Assembly (NCBI RefSeq): GCF_006345805.1
Contig: NC_043006.1
Location: 21,080,001-21,144,000, forward strand
Source: Octopus sinensis
Taxonomy: Eukaryota
Direction of reading: 5' to 3'
Length of the DNA stretch: 64,000 nucleotides
In this document: positions 52,042 to 64,000 of the stretch, piece after piece
Layout of the letters: every line of letters begins with the position of its first letter
Numbering within the stretch: the first letter of the stretch is position 1
Notes under the pieces: model-generated
What the model was told of the DNA's origin: nothing
The model's database searches: none
The model's input: only the letters and a program-made list of their open reading frames with translations
Made by a program: the position numbers and the translations under genes

Positions 52042-52077
<36 letters not shown>

Positions 52078-52199
52078 GTTTATGCACTAGTATATGTACA
52101 TGCGTGTACATATATACGCATATACACGGTATTCTTTGTTTTGAATTTCCTCTAGAATACTTAACAATTCTTAGATGCTGTGCAAACAACTTGCACGTG

Positions 52200-52850
52200 C
52201 AAGTGCTACCATTCGAGAACTCTGCACAGCGGAAGCCAACAAGTGTATGGGATCATCAGGAGAGAATACGCGCCGTTTCATGGCCTACCTCTCGACGGCA
52301 ACAATGCGCACCGGCCCCCCTCACTGATATGAGGCCTCGCTTGCTAGATCAACTGCTTATTAAATATAGCTCAATACTCCTCTAGCCATCGCCCATCGAC
52401 TCTTTTTAACCAAATCCAGTGACTAGCCTTTTCCACTGTCGTTTGGATATCGGTCATACTGGTATTTACTTTACGATGAATTAGGCCTAACGATAACCAC
52501 AATCGTCTCACACTGTGTCCAGCGAACCCTCTACATTCGACTTCGAATGGAAAATGTTCCGTTTTCCAGCCTGCGTCTTTACATACATCGAGGAGGCTTA
52601 CATATCGGTCAATCGTTCGAGCCCAAGCGGCGTCCATGTTAGCTTCATGAGGAACCGTTAACTCGACTCGATTCACAACTTTCTTTCCTTCACACCACAT
52701 TAAAATGTTCGGGTTTTTTTTTCTCGTAACCGGGATGGGATGAGTCCCTGGCACCCTGGTAAACTGCAGTCACTTCTCATCACTCACAGGAAGTTTGTTG
52801 TTCTTCTTGAAACAGCTCTGCTGTCCTGAGCGCAGGAAGTTAATGAAATT
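52200..52850 (-). pseudogene. HERO/R2-group non-LTR element 3' end (restriction-like endonuclease domain plus 3' UTR)
   Basis: NPNILMW....VV.VELTVPHEANM..A....IDRY..L...CKDAGWK..HFPFEVECRGF...S.RRL..LG...EKASHWIWLKR. Confidence 0.8.
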
Positions 52851-53624
52851 ATTAGTTGGTACTTTCTCCCTTATGTTTTTTGACTGTATTTGCATGTCTG
52901 AATTTCATATAATTATATTATCTGTGTATCTATAGCTGATTATTCTTAATTTTCCTCTTTTCGTGATGGCCTTGGCAGATATTTCCTAATCGAATTACTT
53001 TTTCTCTTATTTCTCAAAATGCTTTTAGCGTTGCAGGGTCTTTTTTTGTCTGTAGCATTTTTATCTAATTTATTGTTGTTTATTGAATTAAATTTTTTTT
53101 TTTAAACTACCGACTTCCACGATGAGAGTTTTTCCATCAATTAAACGAAGATCCCCTGTTTTTCAAGGTACCCCTTTTTTAATTACGTTGCTATTCTGAA
53201 TTATTTGAATCTTTATTTTTACAATGACGATTTCACAGAGGATTCGGAGATTGAGTTTTCCTGGTAATTTTCCTTTCTATTTGAATGATTATTTCCATGC
53301 TAATTGCTTGAGTTTTTATTATCCAACACGGAAATCGTTAGAAAATATTCACTTTCCTCAGTAACTAGTGTAGCTATTATATAGATTTGTATGCTTGTTT
53401 GCATTAATGTCTCTTTGGTGATAAGGGATTTCTTTTGAAATATGATTTAAGACCTGCATACAGTGTCAAAATAATCAATGCTTCCTTGGCATTCTGATAC
53501 ACGTGTTAAATTGGTATGCCATAAAGAAGAGTAGAGAGAATCCCGAATCCTCGGATTGAAGCCATATTTGAAAAATGAAATGGTTTTTGGCAGATGGAAA
53601 CCATGACGGCGTACGTGTATTATC

Positions 53625-53657
53625 TATCAATCAATCAATCAATCAATCAATCAACCA

Positions 53658-53718
<61 letters not shown>

Positions 53719-53765
53719 CTATCTATCTATCTATCTATCTATCTCTCTATCTATCTATATATCTT

Positions 53766-53802
<37 letters not shown>

Positions 53803-53805
53803 CCC

Positions 53806-53851
<46 letters not shown>

Positions 53852-53860
53852 TTTGTGTGT
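53625..53860. repeat. (TCAA)n/(TCTA)n/(TA)n compound microsatellite
   Basis: Direct reading. Confidence 0.95.
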
Positions 53861-54532
53861 GTGTAGGCCACAGAACCTCCCAGAACTAGACACTAATATC
53901 TGAGCATTATCTAAGTTTAATTAGATTACCTATGAAGAAAAGCAAACAGTACCCATTTAAGTGATCCCTGCACACTATGCATGCACAAACACGTTCCGCT
54001 TTGCAAGAACGCGGGACGACTTAGAATAACGAGACGAAGATTTAAGAAATTCACAATCTAGCATAATAAATGCGTATTCCCAACATCAGCCGCCAAAGAG
54101 ATATCACTGTAGTTTCGACATCTCGAGCAGTACCACTGAAGCCGGCGGTATCAACAGCATTAAAAATATAAACGTTGCCTTGGAATTCACCAGCTTATTA
54201 ATAGAAGTTATAACAGCAGAGTAAGCAAATAGTTTATAGAGAAAACAAATAAAGTTATAGCTATAAAACAGATATGACAACTTATCCCCAAAAGAACATT
54301 AAGACAGGATAGGAAACGAACATGATATCAGACCCAGAACATGCTTAATAAAGACTAGTGGAAAAATACATCTCGTAAACAACGTCTGCAAACAATGTAC
54401 AAAGAAAAGGACAAGTTTAGATCAATATTTATGATAGAAGTTCAGTACTATAAAATGTATTAACCAGATTGCTTATGAAAAGTAAAGGAGTAAAATAAAA
54501 AAAGGGAAATAGAGTTAAATTAAATTAACGCT

Positions 54533-54586
<54 letters not shown>

Positions 54587-54923
54587 TATATTATATATAT
54601 ATATAATATATATATTATATATATATATAATATATTATATATGTATGTGTATGTATGTATATAATATATAACATACATACATACATACATACATACATAC
54701 AACACATACATACATATATATACAGAAAAAATAAGTTAAAATAGAACAATTTAAACTTTTATACTTGTTTATGGTACCTTTATAACGAACTTTTTCAATT
54801 GTTACATTATACACATGTATGTATGTATGTATGTATGTATGCATGCATGTATGTATGTATGTATGTATGTATGTATGTATGTATATGTTGTGTCTGTGCT
54901 CATATATCTATATATTATATATA

Positions 54924-54983
<60 letters not shown>

Positions 54984-55052
54984 TGTGTGGGTGTGTGTGT
55001 GTAGCTATGTTTTTTTGTGTATCTGTGCATCTGTATCTATATACGTACTTCT

Positions 55053-55262
55053 AAGGCGGCATGCTGGCAGAATCGTTAGCACGCCGGGCGAAATGCTTAG
55101 CGGTACTTCGTCTGTCTTTACGTTCTGTGTTCAAATTCTGCCGAGGTCGACTTTGCCTTTCATCCCTTCGGGGTCGATAAATTAAGAACCAGTTCCGTAC
55201 TGGGGTCAATCTAATCGACTCGCCTCCTTCCCCGAAATTTCGGACCTTGTGCCTAAAGAAGA
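55053..55262 (+). mobile_element. SINE family B (tail 2)
   Basis: Full copy. Confidence 0.85.
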
Positions 55263-55317
55263 AAAGAAACTGCATTTTCAGTTAGTTTTTTAACGATGTT
55301 ATTATTATTATTGTTAT

Positions 55318-55390
55318 TCAGATCACTGCCTGGAATCGAACTCGGGGTTAGTAGCCCGCGCTATTAAACTCTACGGCATATGCCCGTGGG
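55318..55390 (-). ncRNA. tRNA-like Pol III module directly downstream of the PLE
   Basis: gggcatatgccgtagagtttaatagcgcgggctactaaccccgagttcgattccaggcag: degenerate A box, good B box, followed by (AAT)n; not a complete cloverleaf. Confidence 0.55.
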
Positions 55391-55459
55391 CAATTATGGA
55401 GTGAATTTTAGGGCTTATAAATCTAATATTTTCCTATCCTTCCTTACTACCGGTTCCCA

Positions 55460-56205
55460 TATACTGCTCATACCTGCACTAAGTCTGCTTAGGAGGTTTA
55501 TTAATATCTCATCGTATCACAGATTCACGATGTTCCTCTACCCTTATTTTGAGAGGGTGGCATGTTTCGCCTTTGTATAACCTACCAAAGCTACGTGGGA
55601 TGGAGTATACGCAGTCTTTGGTCGTATTATCTTCTATCGATGGTTTTACTCGAAGGAGATATTTGCGAAGTGCTGTATTACTCTTGAATACTGTATTGAT
55701 GTCATGTGGGCCGCATATCTTTTGTATCTTTCCGGAGAGGCCTTTCACATGGGGTAGACAGACTGTGGTCAGTTTATGAGTTTCATCCTCTCTTCTCTTC
55801 ATAACTGGAGTGGATAGTATATTTTGGAGGTAGTTGTTGCTTAATAGATTGTTACTTAGCTTGATCAGTTCTTCGTAGTGTGTATGAGTATTGCTAATTA
55901 TATTCTTTGCTCGATGTTTTGGGCACTGAGGAATCGCTTTCTTTACACTGTATGGATGGTGGGAATTGAAGCTGAGGTATCGTCCAGTGAAGGTTGGCTT
56001 ACGGTATACGGATGTCCTGAATCCATACCTGGTATGTGTTATTAATACGTCCAGGAATGCTAGCTGATTGTCTTTTTCTTTTTCCATTGTGAACTGTATG
56101 GCTGGCTTTATTGAGTTCACATGATCTAACAGTACTTGGACATCTTCCTGGTGGATCCAGAGTATAAAGGTGTCATCAACATATCGCAGCCATAGGGTTG
56201 TTTTT
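55460..56205 (-). pseudogene. Penelope-like element: RT C-terminal half plus GIY-YIG start, 5'-truncated
   Basis: WLRYVDDTF..QFTMEKEKDNQLAFLDVLI...TSVYRKPTFTGRYLSFNSHHP; CVYSIP....YKGET..PLKIRVEEH. Confidence 0.92.
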
Positions 56206-56206
56206 G

Positions 56207-56251
56207 GACACTTAATGAAGGCTGGAGAATACATCAGCCGAAACGTCGTGT
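56207..56251 (+). ncRNA. Degenerate minimal type I hammerhead in an inverted PLE terminus
   Basis: gacac / ttaatga / a / ggctg..cagcc / GAAA / CG / TC / gtgtt; core has two substitutions from CTGATGA. Confidence 0.6.
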
Positions 56252-56352
56252 TAACAACAAACAAGATGAGGACAAATGTAAATAGTGTACATAATTCCTC
56301 ATCTCTCAAATATAGAACTATAAAATTCCATGTTATTACAGTACTAAGTATT

Positions 56353-56565
56353 AGGCAGTGAGCTGGTAGAGCCTTTAGCATACAGGATAAAATCCTTTGC
56401 GGCATTTTGCCCGTCTTTATATTCTGAGTTCAAATTCCACTGAGGTCGACTTTGCCTTTCCTAAGTACCAATCAAATATTGGGCTTGATGTTATCGACAA
56501 GCCCCCGCCCCCACCCCAATCTCCCCGAAAATTTTCTGACCTCGTGTTTATAGTAGAAACGATTA
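56353..56565 (+). mobile_element. SINE family B (tail 2), diverged
   Basis: Sequence match. Confidence 0.75.
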
Positions 56566-57493
56566 TAACTTAGTATCTCATCTCTTATTTCATTAACATA
56601 AGTATCTTCGTGAAGACAGTGAGGATAAAATCTCATTGTGTTTTCTTATTACTTAACTGAATGAATCATAGTTTAATGTGCAGCTAGGATGCACTTTGGA
56701 TGCACTTTCTATGAGGCGTATTTCAATAAGTGTGCAGCCTTTGTACAATCTGTATTCAAAAGTTTCCTTTCAGAATTATTCGTTTTTCTTTATTTTCTGT
56801 CAAACGTTATTACCTAATCGAATAGAGTTTTACTTTATATACTCAAATAAAACATCTATAACTACTTTCTAGCGTGAAGCGATGCAAATTACATTATTAT
56901 GGGATTTCTTTCTCGAATTTCAGTGCTCTCCCGAGAAAAAAAAAAAAAGCAAAAGAAATTAGAAACTCCTTGATTTACATATGAATTCGGTTCATTTACA
57001 TAACATTTTCTTAATGATTAATGTTATAAGATTGTTGATTACAGTAGTGCGGCTTTATCACATCTATATAATAATGTCCTATCTCTTTCTTCTTGTCACA
57101 TTGATTGCTTTCGTTGTATTTTGTTTCTCGTTTTGTTTTCATAGTGATTTTGTTGATTCACTGTTTGCAAGGGTTATCAAATTGCACTTGGGAACTGTCA
57201 GGAAATCCATCAACGAAATTCTACTGAGAAATGTGAAGTATACCATTAATTAGACGTTGATCTATGTGTAACATTTACCACATAAGAAAATAACCCCAAA
57301 CTACGAGTTTCTTTCCTGATGTACTTGTAAACACGTTAGTAAATTCTGTTTTTTTTTTTTTTGTAATATATCAATTTATAGTGCAATAGCTGAGAGAAAC
57401 GATATACACTCATACATACATACATACATACATACATACATACATACATACATACATACATACATACATACATACAGACTCACACACACACAC

Positions 57494-57546
<53 letters not shown>

Positions 57547-57619
57547 TACACACACATACATGTATGCATACATACATGCATGCATACGTACATACATACA
57601 CACATACATATATATATAT

Positions 57620-57870
57620 AAATATATATATTCTATTAGTATGTTAATTTTCATGTTGTGTGACAAAGCTGAGTTCTTGTGAACAACATATTTTGAAGTT
57701 ATGGGTTTCATGTAATAAGAGTGCAGGAGCTGCACCCTATTGTTCACACTCTCTAACCAAAGTTCAGTATCAAGTACAGGGAGTCTGTTGTTGGGGTGCT
57801 TAGTGGGGTAATCTATAGTTACCTTGATACTTTGGTGGATGGGGTCAGCTTTTTGCTGGATGCTCTCCAT
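57620..57870 (-). pseudogene. Second, divergent Penelope-like RT fragment
   Basis: SIKVTIDYPTKHPNNRLPVLDTELW...LHSYYMKPITSKYVVHKNSALSHNMKINIL. Confidence 0.7.
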
Positions 57871-57917
57871 TACGTTCTTCTCAGTCTCTACATTACCGTC
57901 ACTAGAGTTGGTTCTAT

Positions 57918-58288
57918 TGGCCCAGTGGTTAGGGCAGCGGATTCGCGGTCGTAGAATCGCGGTTTCGATTCCCAGACCGGGCGTTGTGAGTGTTTATTGA
58001 GCGAAAACACCTAAAGCTCCACGAGGCTCCGGCAGGGGATGGTGGTGATCCCTGCTGTACTCTTTCACCACAATTTTCTCTCACTCTTTCTTCCTGTTTC
58101 TGTTGTACCTGTATTTCAAAGGGCCGGCCTTGTCACTCTCTGTGTCACGCTGAATATCCCTGAGAACTATGTTAAGGGTACACGTGTCTGTGGAGTGCTC
58201 AACCACTTACACGTTAATTTCACGAGCAGGCTGTTCCGTTGATCGGATCAACCGGAACCCTCATCGTCGTAACCGACGGAGTGCTTCC
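57918..58288 (+). mobile_element. SINE family C, tail 1, slightly 5'-truncated
   Basis: Sequence match. Confidence 0.9.
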
Positions 58289-58623
58289 ATATTAATGTCA
58301 ATTTACACAGGTAGAGTAGAATAGTTAGTGGACTGTTAGGTAGATAAATGTATGTATGTATGTGGGTGTGTGTATGCCCTTTATTTATCATCATCATTAT
58401 TTTTTGGGGGGTTATATTTTCTTATATTTTTTATATTTTTTATATTTTTTATTTTTTATTTCTATATGTAAGCATTTAGATACGTAAATAAACAGATCAA
58501 CATACAGACGGATAGGCACATAGGTTACAAGAACAGACACATATGGAGACACGGATCCACACATATAAAGATGCACATCCATACATACAAACATAGTACA
58601 TAGTTACATAACACACACACACA

Positions 58624-59020
58624 GAGTGGCTGTGTGGCTGTGTGGTAAGTAGCTTGCTTACCAACCACATGGTTCCGGGTTCCGGGTTCAGTCCCACTGC
58701 GTGGCATCTTGGGAAAGTGTCTTCTACTATAGCCTCGGGCCGACCAATGCCTTGTGAGTGGATTTAGTAGACGGAAACTGAAAGAAGCCTGTCGTATATA
58801 TGTATGTGTGTGTATGTTTGTATGTCTGTGTTTGTCCCCCTAACATTGCTTGACAACCGATGCTGGTGTGTTTACGTCCCTGTCACTTAGCGGTTCGGCA
58901 AAAGAGACCGATAGAATAAGTACTGGGCTTACAGAGAATAAGTCCTGGGGTCGATTTGCTCGACTAAGGGTGGTGCTCCAGCATGGCCGCAGTCAAATGA
59001 CTGAAACAAGTAAAAGAGAG
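58624..59020 (+). mobile_element. SINE family A
   Basis: Sequence match; short internal tandem duplications in the head. Confidence 0.9.
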
Positions 59021-59514
59021 AAAGAGATATATGCACACACAAGGAGACAGAGGTGCATACATATACAAACACATGCTCTCACACACAGATGCACAGAAAA
59101 TACACAAACACGGACAGGCATGCGTAAATATGCATGATACGTGCATACAGATGCACACACATACATACATACATATGCATGCATACACATATATACATAC
59201 ATACACATGCAAACAAACACACACATACATACGTACATGCATGCATGTATAGGCACACACACACACATGCGCACAAACAAACAAAAGGGAACGCAGTGTA
59301 AATAACGGACAGAGTCAAGACTACTGAAAAGGTTGCAAGGCGCAACGAAAATTTTAGGAAAATAAAAAGACGAAATAAGTGGAAATTTTACCGGTGAGTG
59401 TGTTAAATAATAAGGTACTAAAAGAAAATGACTCTCCCAAAACACAACAGATTATGCGTCAACACACGAACTCATATAAAAAATCTTGCAAACCAAATCC
59501 CAAAAGGAAATATA

Positions 59515-59607
<93 letters not shown>

Positions 59608-59765
59608 AGTAGTTGAATGAATTATCCTAGTATGGATAATTCGGTTAACCGATACCTGGGTAGCAAATTCACGTCAGAAAAACACGGTTGAAGCTACATG
59701 CCAAGGGCAGAGATCACGTGCTTTCGTGTGGAAATTTGTGTGTATGCTGACATAAGTTCCTTGTC

Positions 59766-59832
59766 TCTCCTGTGAGAAGGCAGCATAATGCTGAAAATTA
59801 GGAATATGCAGCCTTCGAAACATATGTCGAGA
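59766..59832 (+). ncRNA. Type I hammerhead motif with a single-nt core deletion
   Basis: TCTC / CTG-TGA / GAAGGC...GCCTTC / GAAA / CATATG / TC / GAGA. Confidence 0.7.
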
Positions 59833-59881
59833 ATAAAGGAATTTTGTTAAATCGTCGTTCAACTCCATTCTTTCATTTATT

Positions 59882-59928
<47 letters not shown>

Positions 59929-60151
59929 ATATTGAGGTTATAGGAGGCAATGGTGTCATTGAAACCCAAAGGTGTCAGGTAATGCTGAGTAAGTGCTATA
60001 GACAGACCATAGTTAAGTTCCAGGTTCGGTAATTTAGCGAATAAGGTTTTCAACGTTGGTCATATGTCAGCGTGTGTATATAAGAATTTTTGCGTAATGA
60101 GATAAGAAAAAAACAAGGCTCTGTAGATATTAGAACATTTATAGATAGAAG

Positions 60152-60203
60152 GTCTTACAGCTTTTTCCAGGATATTTATTAATTATATCTCTTCATCGGA
60201 GAC
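60152..60203 (-). ncRNA. Degenerate type I hammerhead motif
   Basis: GTCT / CCGATGA / gatat..atatc stem / GAAA / aagctg / TA / AGAC. Confidence 0.45.
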
Positions 60204-61468
60204 GGTGTGAGAGGATGGTTAAGTAATAGTTAGTTTAGATAGGATATAAAATAGAGAGTGAGGTGGAGTCAAGAAAATAGATATAAGATATGTAGGGATA
60301 TATATATATATACTTACATATGCACCAATGTGTATTGCCCTGTTTTTCTATTTGATTGCATTTTGAAAGAATTTGTTTTAAAGATACTAAATTGTGATAA
60401 AGACAAGTGTTGCAATATTGTAGGTAAAAAATATATTAACCCTAACTCTCTTGGCTTCGCCTTCCGAATATTACTTCTTTAATTTTTAATATATCTTGCA
60501 GATTTTTATCATCTTAGAAGTGGTGATCATCTGGAACGTATGAATCATGGAGCAACGTTCATCCTCCAATAACGGAAACTGAGCTATATTTTTCACGCAT
60601 GCTGTTCAAATAAAATTGAAAGTGTATTTTGGGCAACGATGTATTTCGTTTACAATAATGATACCAACTGGATATCCAAATCGCACAGTCAGAGCACGGT
60701 TGTGTTTCAGAGTATCAAAACAGGTCTGTTCTGTTGTACTTTAATTGTAGTTTTATTCTAAGGCCAACCAATATCCCACTCATCAATATGCTCATTCTAT
60801 TGGTTAATGTTGTTTTTTTAATTATTCGTTGCAATGTCCAGATTGATCTAAAATAATCTTGCGTCACGAAGTGGCATAATCTCGATCACACACCTTCACA
60901 ATCAGCATGTGTTTTCGGCTTAAATTGTATAAACCTTATATATGGTATCACCCAATGTAGTGTTACCCATAAATAAGGGGCTGCAGGGTTAAATAGTGCC
61001 TAGGCAAACTGCCACGTTTGATAAAATTAACATGGTATTAAATATTTTAAACTTGTCCAACACCATGCCGGTAAAGAAGAATTATAGAGATACGGAGAGC
61101 ATTTTCTTTCCTCATTTCTAAAGAGTGTAGAAGAAAAAAGCTTCATTAATATTTGTTTTTTTCATGGGCTGTTGGTAAAGGGTTCTGTTTTGTAAAAGGT
61201 TCACGTGAATACCTCTTTCTTATTCCTCGCTTATATGGATGCTATATGATGAGCTCTTTAGGAACTTGTCACTCTCTTGAAAAAAACATTTAGTACTTAT
61301 GTTCGTTAGCTTATCAGTATTCATGTATATACGTATGTACGCATACGTACATAAATGTACTTATGTGAATATGCACTTATGTGAATGCATGAATGTATGT
61401 TCGTACGTACTTACGTACGGATCTATGTAGTTACGTATGTATGTATATATGTATGTAGTTTGGTTGGA

Positions 61469-61501
<33 letters not shown>

Positions 61502-62894
61502 TGTATGTATGTATGTATGTATGTATGTATGTATGTATGGATGGATGGATGGATGGATGGATGGATGGATGTGGGTTGCATGCATGCATGTCCGTATTTG
61601 TATATATATGTGTATATGTATATTCTTCTGACTTAAGTTACGTTCCGACATTGAAACAAGTCGGTTTTATTGAAATTTAGATCAACATAAACAGTGTATT
61701 TATGTATGTGTGTAAATGTAAGTATGTGTATATATGTATATATATATATATTAATGTGTGTGTGTGTGTGTATGTGTGTGTGTATGTGTGTGTGTGTATG
61801 TGTGTGTGTGTGCGTGTGTATGTGTGTATTTGTGTATGTACGTATGTTTGTAAGTATGTATGAATGTATGTGTGTGTACGTATATTTGTAAGTATGTATG
61901 AATATATATGTGTGTAGAACTATGTATCATTGTTCACTTCTATGTATACATGCATCCATGTATATATACAAACTTATATATGTATATGTGTATATATATA
62001 TAATATATATATATATATATTTATATATACACATATATGCAAGCATTAATATATGGACGAATGAATGCCCTGGAATGCAGTTCAGATCTAGAGTTGCTTT
62101 GAAATACAAAGATATATTCTGTAGTTACAATTGTTATGTCACATAATGCAACATGTTTGACAAATTTAGCAACGGATATTTTCTCTTTTCTTACTAACAT
62201 AAAGAAAACCTCTATGTACGTGAAAGTGTATGAGTATATATGTTTGTGTGTATGTGAATGCGTATATAATATGAATACGAATCATCTAGAAAGCAATATT
62301 GATTTTATTATATAACGTAGGTAATCATCAATGGTAATCACAATAGATTTTGATGTGATTCATATCTGAGACTGTACGTCCCTCAACAAACACTAATTTC
62401 TTTTTTTTTTTTTTGTTTTTGTCGATTTTCTTTTTGTCTACGAATGGCATTAATAAATGAAGTATATTCATTGACTTATCAAATTAGGTAAAGTGGAAAG
62501 AAAAAGAGCAGAACTAACAAATAAAGCTGTACTGCAAAGCAACAACAAAGATGGCGACGACGACATTAACATTAGAATGAGCTTGAACAACACAAATAGC
62601 AGCAGCAGCAGTAACACGCATGGAAATATATTAAAATAATGAGAGAATAATGGTTGATAATTGAACATTATGAAAGAAAGAACTATAAATATGGAAGTAA
62701 GAATAGAATATAAACTAAACATGAAGGCTAAAATAATAAGGGAAACTCTCCATGTAATGAGGAGAATTTTGTGTTCTCTGAATAAGATTTAATGTATTTT
62801 TGTCCTTTAAAACTTCTGCGTGTATTTACGCTTTAATTATGGCTCACACGAGCGATGATAAAATATAAGATGGTGGTAACAAAGAGAGTCGTGT

Positions 62895-62961
<67 letters not shown>

Positions 62962-63117
62962 AATGTTCAGAAAATAAATTTTTCGTAGACACCATTCGTT
63001 TGGAAAACAACAGTTAAGTTAGTGTTAACACATTTAGTGCAGAGATTATGCAAAGGCAGCCAAAAAATAATAATAAATCTCTGAACGAGGTATAAACAGT
63101 GACTGCACGACAATGTG

Positions 63118-63651
63118 AGGTATACTTGCCATCTCAATATGGCTAACCACTGAGGGTGGGTGTTACTGTAGCTTGTAGCCCTAGGAGAACATAATCTCCA
63201 GCTGGCTTTAGGCACACTTTCTGTGCACTTATGGTATTTGCAAAGGGAGGTCATCCCTCCCTCGTCAACCTAAGTGATACGCACGGACGGCAGTTACTAG
63301 GTATTGACCTGTCGTCGGCGTACGACAATCACCGGTTTTCGATGAAGGGATGTCCCAATGTAAATACTTTTTATCGTTTTTCCAGTAACTTTTCGTCACT
63401 GATCTCGTAAAACTGTATGCAAGCAATAATAAATCTCTGAACGAGGTATAAACAGGACAGGTCAATACCTAGAAACTGCAGTCCGTGCGTATCACTTAGT
63501 TTGACGAGGGAGGGATGACCTCCCTTTGCAAATACCATAAGGGCAGAGAAAGTGTGCATAAAGCCAGCTGGAGACGATGTTCTCCTGGGACTACAAGCTA
63601 CAGTAACACCCACTCTTAGTGGTTAGCCATATTGAGATGGCAAGTATGCCT
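63118..63651. repeat. Foldback: 196-bp inverted arms (about 93 percent identical), 142-bp spacer, plus a 31-bp direct repeat
   Basis: 63118-63313 vs 63456-63651 (about 13 mismatches by eye); aataataaatctctgaacgaggtataaacag at 63069-63099 and 63425-63455. Confidence 0.9.
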
Positions 63652-63707
63652 AAAATATTTATGAGAGAAAAAAAACAAAAAAAAACAAGCAATATTAATT
63701 ATTGACT

Positions 63708-63921
63708 AAAGCAGTGAACTGGCAGATTCGTTAGCGCGCCGGGCAAAATGCTTAGCGACATTTCGTCCGTCCTTACATTCTGAGTCCAAATACGCCGAGG
63801 TCGACTTTCCCTCTCCTCTTTTCGGAGTCGATGAAATAAGTACCAGTTGATCACTGGGTCGATGGGATCGACTTACCCCTCCCCCGAAGTTGCTGGCCTT
63901 GTGCCAAAATTTGAAACCAAT
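63708..63921 (+). mobile_element. SINE family B (tail 2)
   Basis: Full copy. Confidence 0.85.
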
Positions 63922-64000
63922 GTTAGTCATTGACCAATGACATTTTAATTATTCCTTCCACTACGTGAAGCAATTCTGCATTTGAGGAAGACTTGGTTAC

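Noticed and set aside
52235-52275. Type II hammerhead in the HERO 3' UTR (GAAACGGCGCGTA...CTGATGA)
   Set aside because: Stems I and II do not pair

Overview
AT-rich, microsatellite-dense animal DNA, most likely octopus/cephalopod (inferred from the SINE families and repeat landscape). It looks intergenic or intronic. I see no intact host gene, rRNA or true tRNA, and almost all listed ORFs are microsatellite or SINE artefacts. The window holds about 40 tRNA-derived SINE copies in at least four families, and decayed fragments of LINEs (CR1/L2-type, two RTE-type, a HERO/R2-group RLE element), Penelope-like elements (PLEs), mariner transposases and a Helitron RepHel. It also holds MITEs (hAT, pogo/Tigger-like, a GG-TIR element with internal TTAGGG) and non-autonomous Helitrons. 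The strongest unexplained signal is nine type I hammerhead-ribozyme motifs with palindromic stem III, two with a perfect core sitting back-to-back in a near-perfect 400-bp foldback (9472-9871). Four further long inverted-repeat structures, a modular SINE with four interchangeable tails (one with its partner RTE LINE in the window) and a PLE with a tRNA-like 3' module are also present. All RNA structures were folded by eye. Coordinates of decayed repeats are approximate.
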